From IMG/VR virus record IMGVR_UViG_3300020581_000010, positions 11,253 to 75,252 of that record: a DNA stretch of 64,000 nt. The stretch is one strand, 5' to 3'. The stretch's first letter is position 1. Every line of letters starts with the position of its first letter. The notes under the pieces are model-generated. The model was not told where the DNA came from, did no database searches, and worked only from the letters and a program-made list of their open reading frames with translations. A program made the position numbers and the translations under genes. The stretch is from a virus. This document shows positions 63,970 through 64,000 of the stretch, one piece after another.

Positions 63970-64000
63970 GCTCTCACCGTTAGTAGTAGCCCAAGATGCC

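Larger units (their letters stand above)
1..64000. mobile_element. Tailed bacteriophage (Caudoviricetes) genome segment, probable Planctomycetota host
   Basis: Terminase, portal, HK97-type protease and capsid, neck genes, Bet recombinase, helicase and many tightly overlapping small ORFs; no housekeeping operon. Confidence 0.95.

Noticed and set aside
1-64000. Many long antisense or alternate-frame ORFs in the track (e.g. 18264-19637 -, 27133-28170 +, 26107-26979 -, 51906-52817 +)
   Set aside because: Shadows of real genes in GC-rich DNA, with no motifs or RBS.

Overview
The window is almost entirely a tailed dsDNA phage (HK97-fold capsid), GC-rich and mostly encoded on the minus strand. No flanking host chromosome, integrase, tRNA or CRISPR array was recognised. 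Read along the minus strand (right to left), the order is: a large LamG/beta-helix virion protein (64-60 kb); a membrane/secreted-protein block where lysis genes usually sit (59.9-48.8 kb: holin-like proteins, two secreted CxxCH proteins, an S53 protease, HNH); a long early/replication/accessory region (48.7-21 kb: Bet recombinase, vWA, SF2 helicase, C5-MTase, PAPS-reductase/DndC-like, Clp-N, ParB, DnaJ, glycosyltransferases, DEDDh exonuclease); an inverted TerS plus split TerL (19-21 kb); the portal; an accessory island (JAB protease, HTHs); the prohead protease; a 1572-aa modular protein; the major capsid; neck genes; and the start of a probable tail tube gene. Host-like genes (ClpC N-domain, RimI-like GNAT, HTH-REC, cytochrome c domains) suggest a Planctomycetota host, which is an inference from recalled family resemblance, not a search result. 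The two best candidates for a new system are: (1) a head-operon polyprotein of five cargo modules, each headed by the same ~28-aa 'YHGP-PPGEGW-GEGP(K/R)GGKIW' tag after a Lys site and ending in an R-S-E ADP-ribosyltransferase; (2) phage-encoded exported c-type cytochromes next to a prodomain-less sedolisin protease at the lysis position. All calls come from visual motif recognition.
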